A stretch of DNA of 64,000 bases from an uncultured Candidatus Rokubacteria bacterium (GCA_963805625.1 CAWDVE010000010.1:288001-352000), one strand, 5' to 3'. Positions 1 to 11,018 are shown, numbered from the stretch's first letter. Numbers and translations: made by a program. The notes: generated by a model from the sequence alone, not told the origin.

Positions 1-1
1 C

Positions 2-931
2 GTGCGCCGGGTCGAGCCCGGCTGTTTCATCGCCCTCGAGACGGAGCTGTGGCCCAATCTCCTGAGGGCGCTCCGCGAGGCGAAGGTGCCCGCGGTCCTC
101 GCCAACGGTCGGATCTCCGACCGCTCCTACCGCCGCTACCGCCTGGTCCGTCGCCTCTTCCGGCTGGTGCTCAAGGACATCGCCCTCTTCTGCATGCAGT
201 CCGAGGAGGACGCCCGCCGGATCATCACTCTCGGCGCGCTGCCCGAGCGCGTTCTCGTGACCGGCAACCTGAAGATGGAGGCGCCGCCGGGCGATGCTGG
301 CACCGAGCAGCTGTGGCGCCGCCTGCTTCATCTCGGCCGGGCACCGATCGTCGTGGCGGGCAGCACGCATCGCGGTGAGGAGGCCACGGTGCTCGACGCG
401 TTCCTGGCGATGCGGCCGGCGGCGGATGGTCTCCGGCTCGTGCTTGCGCCGCGCCACCCGGAACGGCTGGACGAGGTGGAAGGCCTGGCCCGGGCCCGGG
501 GGCTCGCCGTCGTGCGGCGGAGCCGCGTGAGCCCGGGCAACGACGCTCCGGTGATCCTTCTCGATACGATGGGCGAGCTGGCCTCGCTCTATGCGGTCGC
601 TGACGTCATCTTCGTCGGAGGCAGCCTCGTCCCGATCGGGGGGCACAACGTGGTGGAGCCGGCGCTTCACGCCAAGGCGGTTATCTTCGGGCCGCACATG
701 ACGAACTTCCGGGACGCTGCCGCGCTGCTGCTCCGGGCCGACGCGGCGATCCAGGTGGGAGACGGGACGGAGCTGGCGGCGGCGCTCGGGCGGCTTCTCG
801 GTGATGCGGCGGCCCGGCAGGCTCTCGGGCGCGCGGCCTGGAGCGCCGTGCGCGCGCACCAGGGCGCCTGCGTGCGTACCGTGGCGGCACTCGAGCGGGT
901 GCTGGCGCTGTCGGCGCTCGGTGGGGTGTGA
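2..931 (+). CDS. waaA: Kdo transferase (3-deoxy-D-manno-octulosonic acid transferase), 5'-partial
   Basis: ETELWPN, NGRISDRS, GSTH, LAPRHPER, DTMGEL and GGHNVVEPA motifs; runs off the window start. Confidence 0.95.
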   Translation: MRRVEPGCFIALETELWPNLLRALREAKVPAVLANGRISDRSYRRYRLVRRLFRLVLKDIALFCMQSEEDARRIITLGALPERVLVTGNLKMEAPPGDAGTEQLWRRLLHLGRAPIVVAGSTHRGEEATVLDAFLAMRPAADGLRLVLAPRHPERLDEVEGLARARGLAVVRRSRVSPGNDAPVILLDTMGELASLYAVADVIFVGGSLVPIGGHNVVEPALHAKAVIFGPHMTNFRDAAALLLRADAAIQVGDGTELAAALGRLLGDAAARQALGRAAWSAVRAHQGACVRTVAALERVLALSALGGV

Positions 932-965
932 GCATCCGCCAGGATCCGCCGCGCAGGGGAGGCTG

Positions 966-2198
966 GTGACGCGGGGGCCCGGCGTCTTGCCGTGCGGTCG
1001 TTTGCTGCGCGCCTGGCGCGAAGGGCGCGTGGGCCCGCTCCGCTTCGCCCTCACACCCGCGGCGTGGGCGTACCGCGGCGGCCTGGTGGTGCGGGACGCG
1101 GCCTACCGGCGCGGGTGGCTCGCTCGCGGGCGGCTGCCGTGTGCGGTGGTTTCCGTGGGGAACCTGACCGTCGGCGGCACTGGCAAGACACCGGCGGTCG
1201 AGATGGTGGCGCGCTGGCTCACCGACGATGGGCGCCGGGTGACGATCGTGAGCCGGGGATACGGCCGCCGTCCGGAAGCGCCCGTCGAGCTCGTGTCGGA
1301 TGGCGGCGTGCCAAGGCTTCCGGCCGAGCGGGCCGGCGATGAGCCGCTCCTCCTGGCGCGACGTCTCCCAGGGGTTGCCGTCGTCGTCGGGGCCGATCGC
1401 CTCCTGGCGGGCCAGTGGACAGTGGTGAATCTCCGCCCGGACGTGGTGCTGCTCGACGACGGATTCCAGCAGCGACGACTGCTGAAGGACGTGGAGATTG
1501 TGTGTCTCGATGCGCGTGCCCCATGGGGGCCAGGCGGGCTCTTCCCCCGGGGCACGCTTCGAGAGCCGCCATCCGCCCTTGCCAGGGCCCACCTTCTCAT
1601 CGCGACCCGGGCCGATGCCCGGTGGAACCTCGCCGGTCTCCTCGAGGAGATTCGGCACCACGCGGGGCCGGCGCCTTGTCTGGCTGCGGACTACGCGGTC
1701 GAAGGCCTCGAGGACCTGGAGTCGGGCGCGCTTCATCCCGCGTCGGCCCTCGCGGGCCGAGGAGTTCTCGCTTTCGCCGGGATTGCCGCGCCGGAACGGC
1801 TCGCGGAGACTCTGATCGCCCATGGTGCAATCGTCCGGGATGTTGTGGCTTTTCCGGATCACCACGCGTACGGGCCGCGTGATTTCGAAGCCGTGGCCCG
1901 GCGGGCCCGGGCTGCGGGTGCGAGCCTCCTGGTGACGACGGAGAAGGATGCGGTGCGCCTGAGAGCTCCGGGTACGCCGGGGACCACCGGTCCCGCGGCA
2001 ACGCCGCGCCAGGCCGGTGAGGCGCTCCTGCCCATGTGGGCGCTGCGCGTGCGGCTCGAGCCGCTCGAAGGCCGTGGATCCCAGGCCGAAGATGGTCCGT
2101 CGCAGGCCGAAGGCCGTTCAGCCAGTGCGTGGCGGGCCGAGCTGCGGGCCCGCGTCGACGCCGCAGCGCGGGAGGCGGGCGCGGAGGCGCGGCCGTGA
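966..2198 (+). CDS. lpxK: Tetraacyldisaccharide 4'-kinase
   Basis: SVGNLTVGGTGKTP, SRGYG, GDEP, LDDGFQ, FPDHH and TTEKDAV motifs; start approximate. Confidence 0.93.
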   Translation: MTRGPGVLPCGRLLRAWREGRVGPLRFALTPAAWAYRGGLVVRDAAYRRGWLARGRLPCAVVSVGNLTVGGTGKTPAVEMVARWLTDDGRRVTIVSRGYGRRPEAPVELVSDGGVPRLPAERAGDEPLLLARRLPGVAVVVGADRLLAGQWTVVNLRPDVVLLDDGFQQRRLLKDVEIVCLDARAPWGPGGLFPRGTLREPPSALARAHLLIATRADARWNLAGLLEEIRHHAGPAPCLAADYAVEGLEDLESGALHPASALAGRGVLAFAGIAAPERLAETLIAHGAIVRDVVAFPDHHAYGPRDFEAVARRARAAGASLLVTTEKDAVRLRAPGTPGTTGPAATPRQAGEALLPMWALRVRLEPLEGRGSQAEDGPSQAEGRSASAWRAELRARVDAAAREAGAEARP

Positions 2199-3220
2199 AG
2201 GCGGGCGTGATCCCCCAACGCGCGATCCAGCGCGTCCTGGTACGCTTCCCGAACTGGCTCGGCGACACGGTCATGGCGCTTCCCACTTTGCGGGCGCTGC
2301 GGGCCGCCCTTCCTGGCGCCGAGCTCTGGTGTCTCGGCCCCTGGGTGGGGACCATCCTCGAGACCGAGCCGGGCATCGCGCGGCGCCTCGTGTCGTCCGG
2401 AGGCGTGGCCGCGCGACTGGCGCAGGCCCGCCGTCTCCGGCAGGCGCGCTTCGACGTTGCGCTCATCCTGCCGAGCTCGTTCGAGACCGCCCTGGCCGGA
2501 TGGCTGAGCGGAGCCCGCTGGCGCGTGGGTTACGGAGAGGGACGGGACGCCCTGCTGACGCATGCGCTCCCGGCTCAGGCCGATCGGGTCCACCAGGTGG
2601 CGAGCTACCTCAGACTGCTCGCGCCTTTCGGCGTGGACGCTTTCCCGAGCCCGCCGACCCTGGCGATCGACGCCGCCCGCCGGGTAGAGGCGCGACGACT
2701 GCTGGGAGAAGTGGGAATGCCGCTCGGCGAGCCGCGCGTCGGGCTCCAGCTGGGGGCCGGGCACGGCCCCGCGAAGCTCTGGGCCCCCGCGCGCATCGCC
2801 GCGCTCGCGGTGCGGCTTCAGGCACGTGGCATCCACCCGGTGCTGCTCGGCGGTCCCCAGGCGCGTGGGCTCGCCGACGCGGTCCAGGCGGCGTCCGCGG
2901 AGCCGATCCGAAGCCTCGTTGGCCGTGACCGCCCGGCCCTCCTGGCCGCCCTCATTGCGGAGCTCGACGCGCTCGTTGGCGCGGACAGCGGACCCGCCCA
3001 TGTTGCCGCCGCGGTCGGGGTGCCGGCCGTGACCCTCTTCGGGCCCACCGACCCGCGGCTGACGGTGCCCCTCGGTCTTGGCCAGCAAGCGCTCTGGCAT
3101 CAACCGGCTTGCGGCCCCTGCTTTCTCCGGGAGTGCCCGATCGACCACCGGTGCCTCCGCGCGATCGAGGTCTCCGAGGTGGAGGCGGCGGTCGTGACCG
3201 CGCTGGCGGGGCGCCGGTGA
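2195..3220 (+). CDS. waaF: LPS heptosyltransferase II (GT9)
   Basis: PNWLGDTVM, DSGPAHVAAAVG, FGPTDP and C-terminal CGPCFLRECPIDHRC. Confidence 0.88.
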   Translation: MKAGVIPQRAIQRVLVRFPNWLGDTVMALPTLRALRAALPGAELWCLGPWVGTILETEPGIARRLVSSGGVAARLAQARRLRQARFDVALILPSSFETALAGWLSGARWRVGYGEGRDALLTHALPAQADRVHQVASYLRLLAPFGVDAFPSPPTLAIDAARRVEARRLLGEVGMPLGEPRVGLQLGAGHGPAKLWAPARIAALAVRLQARGIHPVLLGGPQARGLADAVQAASAEPIRSLVGRDRPALLAALIAELDALVGADSGPAHVAAAVGVPAVTLFGPTDPRLTVPLGLGQQALWHQPACGPCFLRECPIDHRCLRAIEVSEVEAAVVTALAGRR

Positions 3221-4344
3221 GGCCGCTCCGGGTCCTGCACGTCGTCGCGAACCGCTGGTGGACCGGCAGCGCGGATCCTGCGCTGGACCTCGCGCGGGCC
3301 CTCAGGACGCGCGGCCACTCGGTATGGTTCGCCTGCGTCCGCGGGGACGTGCTCGAGACGCACGTTCGCGCGGCCGGGGTTCCGCTGGTAGAGGGGCTCT
3401 CGCTCGAGCGGACGGCGCGGCCGTGGCGGCTCGCCTCCCAGATCGGGAGGATCCGGCGCGCACTTCGAGAGCTCGAGATCGACCTGGTCCACGCCCACCA
3501 GACCCACGACCATTGGCTGGCGGCGCTGGGACGCCGTGGCACGGGGGCGAGGCTGGTCCGCACCGTGCACCATCGCCGGGCCGTCCACTCCGGGCCGGCC
3601 GCCCGCTGGCTCCTCCGGCAGACCGATGCGCTGATCGCGGTCAGCGAGGGTATCGCGGAGCGGCTGCGCGCCGTGGGGGCGTCCGCGGCCCGCGTGACCG
3701 TCGTGCCGGGCGCCGTGGATGTGGAGCGCTTCGCGCCCGACGCGTCCGGTGAGGCGGTGCGGGCGGAGCTCGGGCTGGGAGATGCCCCGGTGGTCGGCTG
3801 CGTCGCGCGGATGGTGCCGGGCCGAGGCCACGACGTGCTGCTTCGCGCGGCGGCGCGTCTCCGCGACCGCTTGCCCGAGGCCCGCCTGGTGCTGGTGGGC
3901 CGGGGCGAGCATCGACCCGCCCTCGAGCGCCTCGCGCGAGACCTGGGGCTCGGGGCTACCGTCGTCTTCGCGGGCTACCGGGGCGCCGACCTGCCGGCGG
4001 TCCTGGCCGCGGTCGACTGCGTGGTGCTCTTGGGCATGGGATCGGAGGAGTCCTGCCGGGCCGTGCTCGAGGCGATGGCGGTGGGGCGCCCAGTCGTGGC
4101 CGTTCCGGTGGGTGCCGTTCCGGAGATCGTGGTCGATGGGGAGACGGGATGGCTCGTCGACCCGGCGCCCGACGCCGTCGCGGCGTGTCTCGAGGCAGCG
4201 CTCCGCGATCGGGGGCGCGCACGCCAGCTGGGGAAGGCGGGGCGACGTCGCGTGGAGGCGTTCTTCACGCCGTCGCGGCGCGCGGCGGTGGTCGAGGCCA
4301 TCTACGGCGGGGTGCTCGCCAAAGAAGCGCTTCCTCGCCGGTGA
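3217..4344 (+). CDS. Glycosyltransferase family 4
   Basis: GT-B motifs (DLVHAH, VLEAMAVGRPVV, EIVVDGETG) within the LPS operon. Confidence 0.88.
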   Translation: MRPLRVLHVVANRWWTGSADPALDLARALRTRGHSVWFACVRGDVLETHVRAAGVPLVEGLSLERTARPWRLASQIGRIRRALRELEIDLVHAHQTHDHWLAALGRRGTGARLVRTVHHRRAVHSGPAARWLLRQTDALIAVSEGIAERLRAVGASAARVTVVPGAVDVERFAPDASGEAVRAELGLGDAPVVGCVARMVPGRGHDVLLRAAARLRDRLPEARLVLVGRGEHRPALERLARDLGLGATVVFAGYRGADLPAVLAAVDCVVLLGMGSEESCRAVLEAMAVGRPVVAVPVGAVPEIVVDGETGWLVDPAPDAVAACLEAALRDRGRARQLGKAGRRRVEAFFTPSRRAAVVEAIYGGVLAKEALPRR

Positions 4345-4432
4345 GCCATCAGTATAATGACGCCGATGAGTTACAGGTCGGAAGTGTGCGTCGCCATGAG
4401 CCGAACCCTCTCGATGTTTCCCCGACCACGCC

Positions 4433-5479
4433 GTGCCTAGTCCTCAGGCCGCCGAACTCCTCCGGGTCATCCAGGGGTTCGAGGGCCGGCGAGTCCTCGT
4501 CGTGGGCGACCTCGTCGCGGACGAGTACGTCTTCGGCCAGCCCGAGCGCATCTCCCGTGAAGCTCCCGTCCTGGTTCTCCGGTACCTCTCGCAGGAGATC
4601 CGTCTGGGGGGCGCCGCGAATGCCTGCCACAATCTCCATACCCTGGGCGCGAAGGTCCTGCCGCTGGGGGTGGTGGGGGAGGACCCGGCAGGTGAGGCGA
4701 TCCGCCGTTCGCTGGCCGATCGGGGTGTCCTTACCGACGGCATCATCCCGGTTCCGGCTCGGCCCACCCCGGTCAAGACACGGATCCTCGGGGGCGGGTG
4801 GGGATCCCGGTCCGCCCGCCAGCAGATCGTTCGCGTGGACCGGGAGCCGGAGGGCGCGATCCCTCCCGGGGCGGAAGCGCTGCTGGTCGAGCGGCTCCGC
4901 GAATGGGCGGGACGCGTGGACGCGGTGGTCCTCTCGGACTACGGTTATGGCACGGTCACCCCGCGCATCCTGGCCGAGATCCGGGTGCGAAGCGAGAGAG
5001 GGGCCATCGTGACCGCTGACTCCCGGTACGACCTCCTCAGGTTCGACCGGCTCACGGCCGCGACCCCGAGCGAGTCGGAGGTCGAGCACCTTCTGGGGAC
5101 GTCGCTCGATGGGGACAAGGCCGTGGAGCAGGCGGGCTGGCAGCTCCTCGAGCGACTCGGCTCGCGCTGCCTTCTGGTCACCCGCGGGGCGAAGGGGCTG
5201 GCCCTGTTCGAGCGTGGCGGCGAGGCGACGTTCGTGCCCATCTTCGGAAGCGACGAGATCGCGGACGTCACCGGTGCGGGCGACACCGTCATCAGCGCGT
5301 TCACCCTGGCGCTCGCGAGCGGGGCACGGCCGGTGGACGCGGCCCGGCTGTCCAACTACGCGGGCGGCCTCGTGGTCATGAAGCGTGGCACGGCCACGGT
5401 GTCACGGGACGAGGTGGCAGAGGCCGTGCGCCATGACCTGGGAGCCGGGACGCATGACGGGCCGAGTGCTCGATCTTGA
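4433..5479 (+). CDS. rfaE1: D-glycero-beta-D-manno-heptose-7-phosphate kinase (HldE kinase domain, PfkB family)
   Basis: [28 protein letters not shown] and DVTGAGDT motifs. Confidence 0.9.
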   Translation: MPSPQAAELLRVIQGFEGRRVLVVGDLVADEYVFGQPERISREAPVLVLRYLSQEIRLGGAANACHNLHTLGAKVLPLGVVGEDPAGEAIRRSLADRGVLTDGIIPVPARPTPVKTRILGGGWGSRSARQQIVRVDREPEGAIPPGAEALLVERLREWAGRVDAVVLSDYGYGTVTPRILAEIRVRSERGAIVTADSRYDLLRFDRLTAATPSESEVEHLLGTSLDGDKAVEQAGWQLLERLGSRCLLVTRGAKGLALFERGGEATFVPIFGSDEIADVTGAGDTVISAFTLALASGARPVDAARLSNYAGGLVVMKRGTATVSRDEVAEAVRHDLGAGTHDGPSARS

Positions 5480-5954
5480 GGGGGCGCGGAGCACGGCCGA
5501 GGCGGCTCGGGCCTCGGGCCGCCGCGTGGTGCTTGCCAACGGGTGCTTCGACCTCCTTCACGTGGGGCACGTGCGGTACCTCGCGGATGCCCGCGCCCTG
5601 GGTGACCTGCTGATCGTGGGCGTCAACGGGGACGCCGCCGTGCGGCGCCTCAAGGGTCCCGGCCGGCCTCTCATGCCCGCCGCCGAGCGTGCCGAGATCC
5701 TGGCGGCGCTGCGGGTCGTCGACCACGTGGTGATCTTCGACGACGACACGGCGGACGCGCTGGTCGCGCTGCTCCGCCCCGCGGTTCACGCGAAGGGCAC
5801 GGACTACACTCCCGAGTCGGTGCCCGAGCGGACGGCGGTCCTCGCCGCCGGCGGCCGCATCGCCATCACGGGGGACGCCAAGCAGCACTCCACGCGGGAC
5901 GTGATCGCCGAGATCCTGGCGCGTTTCGGGCGGGACCAGGAGGCGCTCCGGTGA
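5454..5954 (+). CDS. rfaE2: Heptose-1-phosphate adenylyltransferase (HldE transferase domain)
   Basis: [22 protein letters not shown] and KGTDY motifs. Confidence 0.92.
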   Translation: MTGRVLDLEGARSTAEAARASGRRVVLANGCFDLLHVGHVRYLADARALGDLLIVGVNGDAAVRRLKGPGRPLMPAAERAEILAALRVVDHVVIFDDDTADALVALLRPAVHAKGTDYTPESVPERTAVLAAGGRIAITGDAKQHSTRDVIAEILARFGRDQEALR

Positions 5955-6988
5955 TCCCCCCCCGCGACGCGGCACCGCGCATCGCCCTGGTGAAGCTCTC
6001 CTCACTCGGGGACGTCGTTCACGCGCTGCCGGCGGCGGGGGCGCTGCGCGCCTGGTGGCCGCGGGCCGAGCTGACGTGGGTGGTCGAGCGGCGCGAGGAG
6101 GCGATCCTCGGCGGTAACCCGGACGTGAACCACGTCGTGGCTGTCGACACGCGGCTCTGGCGGCGGGAGTTCAGACGCCCGGGCAGTGCTCCGGCGGTGG
6201 TCGCCAAGGTGCGCGGCCTCGTCCGCCGGCTCGCAGCCGGGCGATTCGACATGGCCGTAGACCTCCAGGGGCTCTGGAAGAGTGGGGTCATCATGGCCCT
6301 CACGCGGGCGCCCCTCCGCGTCGGGTTGGCGGCCACACACTGCCGGGAGCGCCCCAGCGCCTGGTTCACGAACCGGCATGTGACGCCCCCCGGGGCGGCG
6401 GTGCACGTGGTCGACCAATACCTGGCGGTCGTCGCGGCGCTCGGGATCGATCTGGCCGCCGTCGGCCCACCGGCGTTTCCGATCTCGAGGGAGCCCGCCG
6501 CCGAAGCCAGGATGGCGCGCTGGCTCGAAGAAGAGGGAGCCAAGGCGACGACGCCTCTCGTGCTGCTGAATCCGGGCTCGGGCGGCGACCACAAGCGCTG
6601 GGCGGTCGAGGCCTTCCGGCGTCTCGGCGAAGAGCTGGCGGTACGCCTCGGGGCGCGCGTGGCCATCACCTGGGGCCCGGGGGAAGAGCCCCTGGCGCGT
6701 GCGATCGCCCACGGCATGCGGACCGGGGCCCTCGTACCCCCGTCCACGACGATCATCGAGATGATCGCTCTCTTTCGGCGGGCGGCGCTCGTCATCGGAG
6801 GGGACACGGGCCCGGTGCACGTCGCCGCGGTGCTCGGGGTCCCGACGATCGGGCTCTACGGTCCGACGAGCGCCCGGCGAAACGGACCGTACGGACCCCG
6901 GGTGGCGGCGATCCAGAGCCTGAACGGTCGGATGGACGGAGTGTCCGTCGAGGCCGTCCTCGGCGCGACGCAGGCGTTGCTCCGCTGA
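5951..6988 (+). CDS. waaC: LPS heptosyltransferase I (GT9)
   Basis: [28 protein letters not shown] and LYGPT motifs. Confidence 0.88.
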   Translation: MIPPRDAAPRIALVKLSSLGDVVHALPAAGALRAWWPRAELTWVVERREEAILGGNPDVNHVVAVDTRLWRREFRRPGSAPAVVAKVRGLVRRLAAGRFDMAVDLQGLWKSGVIMALTRAPLRVGLAATHCRERPSAWFTNRHVTPPGAAVHVVDQYLAVVAALGIDLAAVGPPAFPISREPAAEARMARWLEEEGAKATTPLVLLNPGSGGDHKRWAVEAFRRLGEELAVRLGARVAITWGPGEEPLARAIAHGMRTGALVPPSTTIIEMIALFRRAALVIGGDTGPVHVAAVLGVPTIGLYGPTSARRNGPYGPRVAAIQSLNGRMDGVSVEAVLGATQALLR

Positions 6989-7002
6989 GCCCGGAGGACG
7001 CG

Positions 7003-7761
7003 GTGGCGAGCCTGTCGGTGGCGATCGTGGTCCTGAACGAGGAGGAGCGGCTCCGCGCGTGCCTGGAGAGCGTCGTGTGGGCGGACGAGCTCGTGGTCAT
7101 CGACGCCGGCTCGAGCGACAAGACGGTGGCGATCGCCCGGGAGTTCACCGATCGGGTCCTCTTCCGAGCCTGGGACGGGTACGCTGCTCAGAAGAACTTC
7201 GCGCTCGGCCAGTGTCACGGGGACTGGGTCCTCTCGCTCGATGCGGACGAGCGCGTGTCGGACACCCTCCGCGAGGAGATCCAGGCCACACTCCGGAGCG
7301 AGAGCCGCCAGGTGGGCTTCTACCTACCGCGGCGGAACCTGTTCCAGAGGCGGTGGGTACGCCACGGTGGTCTCTATCCCGACTGGCAGCTCCGGCTGTT
7401 CCGCCGGGGGCGGGGGGCGTTCGTCGAGCGGGCCGTCCACGAATCGGTGCGGGCGGACGGGCCGACGGGGCGGTTCGGCGAGCCGCTGATCCACGAGAGT
7501 TACCGGAGCATCGGCGACGCTGTCGCGCGCCTCAACCGGTACTCCGACCTTGCCGCGATCGAGCTGGCCGCGACCGGGCGCGGCGGCAGCCTGGCAGATC
7601 TCCTGGTCCGCCCGGCCTGGCGATTCGTGTCGATGTACCTCTTGCAGGCGGGGTTTCTCGACGGCTGGCGGGGCCTCGTGCTGGCGGGCCTCCATGCTCA
7701 CTATGTCTTTCTGCGCGCCGCCAAGGTTCGCGAGCGGCGATGGGAGCGGGGGGCGGCGTGA
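7003..7761 (+). CDS. Glycosyltransferase family 2 (WaaE/KdtX-like)
   Basis: NEEERL, DAGSSDKT, LDADE, YPDWQLRLF and GFLDGWRG motifs. Confidence 0.88.
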   Translation: MASLSVAIVVLNEEERLRACLESVVWADELVVIDAGSSDKTVAIAREFTDRVLFRAWDGYAAQKNFALGQCHGDWVLSLDADERVSDTLREEIQATLRSESRQVGFYLPRRNLFQRRWVRHGGLYPDWQLRLFRRGRGAFVERAVHESVRADGPTGRFGEPLIHESYRSIGDAVARLNRYSDLAAIELAATGRGGSLADLLVRPAWRFVSMYLLQAGFLDGWRGLVLAGLHAHYVFLRAAKVRERRWERGAA

Positions 7762-8501
7762 CGCGGGCGGTCGCGGTGATCCCCGCACGCTGGGCTTCGA
7801 TTCGCTTTCCGGGCAAGGCTCTGGTCGTGGTTCGGGGCAAGCCCCTGGTGCAGCACGTCTGGGAGCGGGCCCGCGAGCTCGAGACCGTCGAGCGGGTGGT
7901 TGTCGCGACGGACGACGAGCGGATCGCCGCGGCCGTGCGTGGCTTCGGGGGCACAGTCGTCATGACGGGAACCGAGTGCCCGAACGGCACCGACCGCGTC
8001 GCCCAGGCGACGCGGGACTGGCCCGTGGATCTGGTGGTGAATCTCCAAGGAGACGAGCCGACTTTCGAGGTGAAAGCCCTGGACCAGCTGGTGCGGGTAA
8101 TGGCGGAGGAGCCGGCGATCGAGATGGGAACGCTCGCCCACCCCGTGGCGGACGAGGCCGAGCACCGGGATCCGAACGCCGTCAAGGTCGTGCTCGACCA
8201 GTCGGGCCACGCCCTCTACTTCACGCGGGCGCCCATCCCCTATGCCCGCCAGGCGGGGCTCGTGGTGCCGCTGCGCCACGTCGGGATCTACGTCTTCCGG
8301 CACGCGTTCTTGCAACGCTACGCGCGGCTCGCGCCCACGCCGCTCGAGCAGACGGAGCGGCTGGAGCAGTTGCGGGCCCTCGAGCACGGGGTCCGCATTC
8401 GCGTCCTGCTGACACCGCACGGCTCGATCGGCGTCGACACCCCGGCCGACGTCGACCGGCTGGCGGCCTATCTCGAGGGTCGGGAAGGCCGGGGCCAATG
8501 A
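7758..8501 (+). CDS. kdsB: CMP-Kdo synthetase
   Basis: IPARWASIRFPGK, GTDR, NLQGDEP, LEQLRALE and GVDTPAD motifs. Confidence 0.95.
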   Translation: MTRAVAVIPARWASIRFPGKALVVVRGKPLVQHVWERARELETVERVVVATDDERIAAAVRGFGGTVVMTGTECPNGTDRVAQATRDWPVDLVVNLQGDEPTFEVKALDQLVRVMAEEPAIEMGTLAHPVADEAEHRDPNAVKVVLDQSGHALYFTRAPIPYARQAGLVVPLRHVGIYVFRHAFLQRYARLAPTPLEQTERLEQLRALEHGVRIRVLLTPHGSIGVDTPADVDRLAAYLEGREGRGQ

Positions 8502-9484
8502 CCACTCGCCCGCGCGTGCTCTCGGGGATGCGGCCGACCGGCCGCCTCCACCTCGGGAACTACCTCGGCGCCCTCGACAACTGGGTGCGCCTCCAGGCGG
8601 ACTTCGACTGCTTCTACTTCGTGGCTGACTGGCACGCCTTGACAACGGAGATACCCGCCAAGGGCGAGATTGCGACGAACACGCTCGAGATGGCGGCCGA
8701 CTGGCTCGGCGCGGGCCTCGATCCGGAGCGGAGCACGATCTTCATGCAGTCGCTCGTGCCCGAGCACGCGGAGCTCCACCTGCTCTTCTCGATGGTTACG
8801 CCGGTCTCGTGGCTCGAGCGCGTGCCGACGTACAAGGAGATGGTCGACCAACTGGGGATCCAGTCGCCCTCCTACGGGCTCCTGGGCTACCCCTTGCTCC
8901 AGGCCGCGGACATCCTGATCTACCGGCCGCGGTACGTGCCGGTCGGCGTCGACCAGGCGCCTCACATCGAGCTGACGCGGGAGGTCGCACGGCGGTTCAA
9001 CCACCTCTTCGGGGCGGTTCTCCTCGAGCCCGAGATCAAGCTGACCGCGATTCCCAAGGTTCCGGGGACGGACGGCCGCAAGATGTCGAAATCCTACGAC
9101 AACGCGATCTACCTGGCCAACCCGCCCGAGGTGACGGTGCCCAAGATTAAGACCATGGTCACCGACCCTGCGAGGAAGCGGCGCGCGGATCCCGGGAACC
9201 CCGACGTCTGCCCGGTGTTCGATCTCCACCGGATCTTCTCGCCGGAGGCGGATCGCGCCCGCGTGGCTCAGGGATGCCGCACGGCCGGGATCGGATGCCT
9301 CGACTGCAAGGGCGTGCTTCTCGAGCACATGCTGCCGCCTCTCGAGGCGATCCGGGAGCGGCGTGCGCGCATGGCCGCGCGGCCCGATCATCTGCGCGAG
9401 GTGCTGCGCGAGGGCTCCATCCGCGCTCGGCGCATCGCGTCGGAGACGCTGGCGGAGGCGAAGGCCGCTGTGGGGATCCTGTGA
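8498..9484 (+). CDS. trpS: Tryptophan--tRNA ligase
   Basis: SGMRPTGRLHLGNY, YPLLQAADIL and KMSKS motifs. Confidence 0.97.
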   Translation: MTTRPRVLSGMRPTGRLHLGNYLGALDNWVRLQADFDCFYFVADWHALTTEIPAKGEIATNTLEMAADWLGAGLDPERSTIFMQSLVPEHAELHLLFSMVTPVSWLERVPTYKEMVDQLGIQSPSYGLLGYPLLQAADILIYRPRYVPVGVDQAPHIELTREVARRFNHLFGAVLLEPEIKLTAIPKVPGTDGRKMSKSYDNAIYLANPPEVTVPKIKTMVTDPARKRRADPGNPDVCPVFDLHRIFSPEADRARVAQGCRTAGIGCLDCKGVLLEHMLPPLEAIRERRARMAARPDHLREVLREGSIRARRIASETLAEAKAAVGIL

Positions 9485-9536
9485 CGCCACAGGCCGAAGG
9501 CCGTCGGCTCAACGCCTGTGGAGCCAGGGTAGCCCT

Positions 9537-10325
9537 GTGAGCGAGGCGACGACGGCAGTCCCGGTCGCCGCGGCTGCGTCCCCTTCGCCCCTCACGGTGA
9601 GGCTGGAGGAGTTCGAGGGACCCCTCGACCTGCTCCTCCACCTGGCGCGGACGGAGGAGATCGACCTCGCGCGCCTGCCGATCCGGCGGATCACGGACCA
9701 GTACCTCGCCTACCTGGAGTCGACCGAGTTCCGGGACCTCGACGACGCGGGAGCCTTTCTCGTGCTCGCGGCGACGCTCGTGTACCTGAAGTCCCGCCTG
9801 CTCCTGCCGCCGTCCGAGACCGAGGAGGAGAGCCTCGAGGAGGACGCGGAGCTCCTCCGGCAGGAGCTCGAGGCACGTCTCCGTGCTTACGCCCGGGTCA
9901 AGGAGATCGGCATCTGGCTTCGCGAGCGCGAGACCGAGTGGAGCACCCGGTTCACGCGGACCTGGAGCGAGCTGCCGGTGCCGGAGTACCTGCCGATCGA
10001 GAGCCTCTCCCTCTGGGACCTCACCGAGACGTATCGCGCCTTCCTGGTCCGGCTCGCGCAGGCCGAGCCGACGCGGGAGGTGGAGCCCGAGGGCCCGCCG
10101 CTTCTCGAGCGCATGGCGATGATCGCGGCCGTGCTCGAGCAGTCCTGGTACGTCCTGTTCTCGACCCTGCTCGGGACCTCGCCGCCCAGACCCGAGGTGG
10201 TGGTGACGCTTCTGGCGGTCCTCGAGCTGGTCCGCCTCCAGCGCGCGCGAGCGCAGCAGAACGAGCTGTTCGGTGAGATCGTGATCGAGCGGGGATCCGG
10301 GGAGGCGACGGTCCGTGATGCCTGA
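9537..10325 (+). CDS. scpA: Segregation/condensation protein A
   Basis: FEGPLDLLLHL and KSRLLLP motifs; next to scpB. Confidence 0.93.
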   Translation: MSEATTAVPVAAAASPSPLTVRLEEFEGPLDLLLHLARTEEIDLARLPIRRITDQYLAYLESTEFRDLDDAGAFLVLAATLVYLKSRLLLPPSETEEESLEEDAELLRQELEARLRAYARVKEIGIWLRERETEWSTRFTRTWSELPVPEYLPIESLSLWDLTETYRAFLVRLAQAEPTREVEPEGPPLLERMAMIAAVLEQSWYVLFSTLLGTSPPRPEVVVTLLAVLELVRLQRARAQQNELFGEIVIERGSGEATVRDA

Positions 10326-11013
10326 GGGCGGGGAGCGGGTGGTGGTCCCGGCGGCGGTGGCGCCCGAGCTGGTGGGGCAGCTGGAAGCGATCCTCTTCGC
10401 CTCCGACGCGCCGCTCCCGATCGAGCGGCTCGCCGAGGTTCTCGAGATCGTTCCGGCGGACGCGCGCGCCGTGGTCGACGCGCTGCGCCTGGCGTGCGAC
10501 GAGGCGGCGCGCGGCCTGGCCGTGGTAGAGGTCGGGGGCGGCGTGCGCCTGGTGACGCGGCCCGAGCACGCTCCTGTGCTCATGAGCCTCCAGCGGCTCC
10601 GGCTGAAGAGCCGGCTGTCCAGGGCGGCGGTGGAGACGCTGACGATCGTCGCGTACCGCCAGCCGATCTCGCGGCCCGAGATCGAGCAGCTCCGGGGCGT
10701 CGGGACCGAGAGCGTGCTGACGCACCTCCTCGAGCGGCGCCTCGTCCGGGTCGTCGGCCGGAAAGCTACCCCGGGGCGCCCGGTGCTTTACGGAACGACG
10801 CGCGAGTTCCTCGAGCACTTCGGCTTGCGTGATCTCGGGGACCTCCCGCCCTTCGAATCGCCGGCGGGCGCGCCCGGGGAGGCACCTTCCGGAAGCGAAA
10901 CCGCCGAGCCAGTCGACGTGCTGGCCGATTCGGAATCCGTCGACGCGGACCTCGCGCATGATGCTGGCTCGGACGGGGTCGGGGAGGAGCGCGGGCTTTC
11001 GTCCCCGGCCTGA
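10318..11013 (+). CDS. scpB: Segregation/condensation protein B
   Basis: LEAILFAS, ETLTIVAYRQP, GRPVLYGTT and FLEHFGL motifs. Confidence 0.95.
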   Translation: MPEGGERVVVPAAVAPELVGQLEAILFASDAPLPIERLAEVLEIVPADARAVVDALRLACDEAARGLAVVEVGGGVRLVTRPEHAPVLMSLQRLRLKSRLSRAAVETLTIVAYRQPISRPEIEQLRGVGTESVLTHLLERRLVRVVGRKATPGRPVLYGTTREFLEHFGLRDLGDLPPFESPAGAPGEAPSGSETAEPVDVLADSESVDADLAHDAGSDGVGEERGLSSPA

Positions 11014-11018
11014 CGGCC

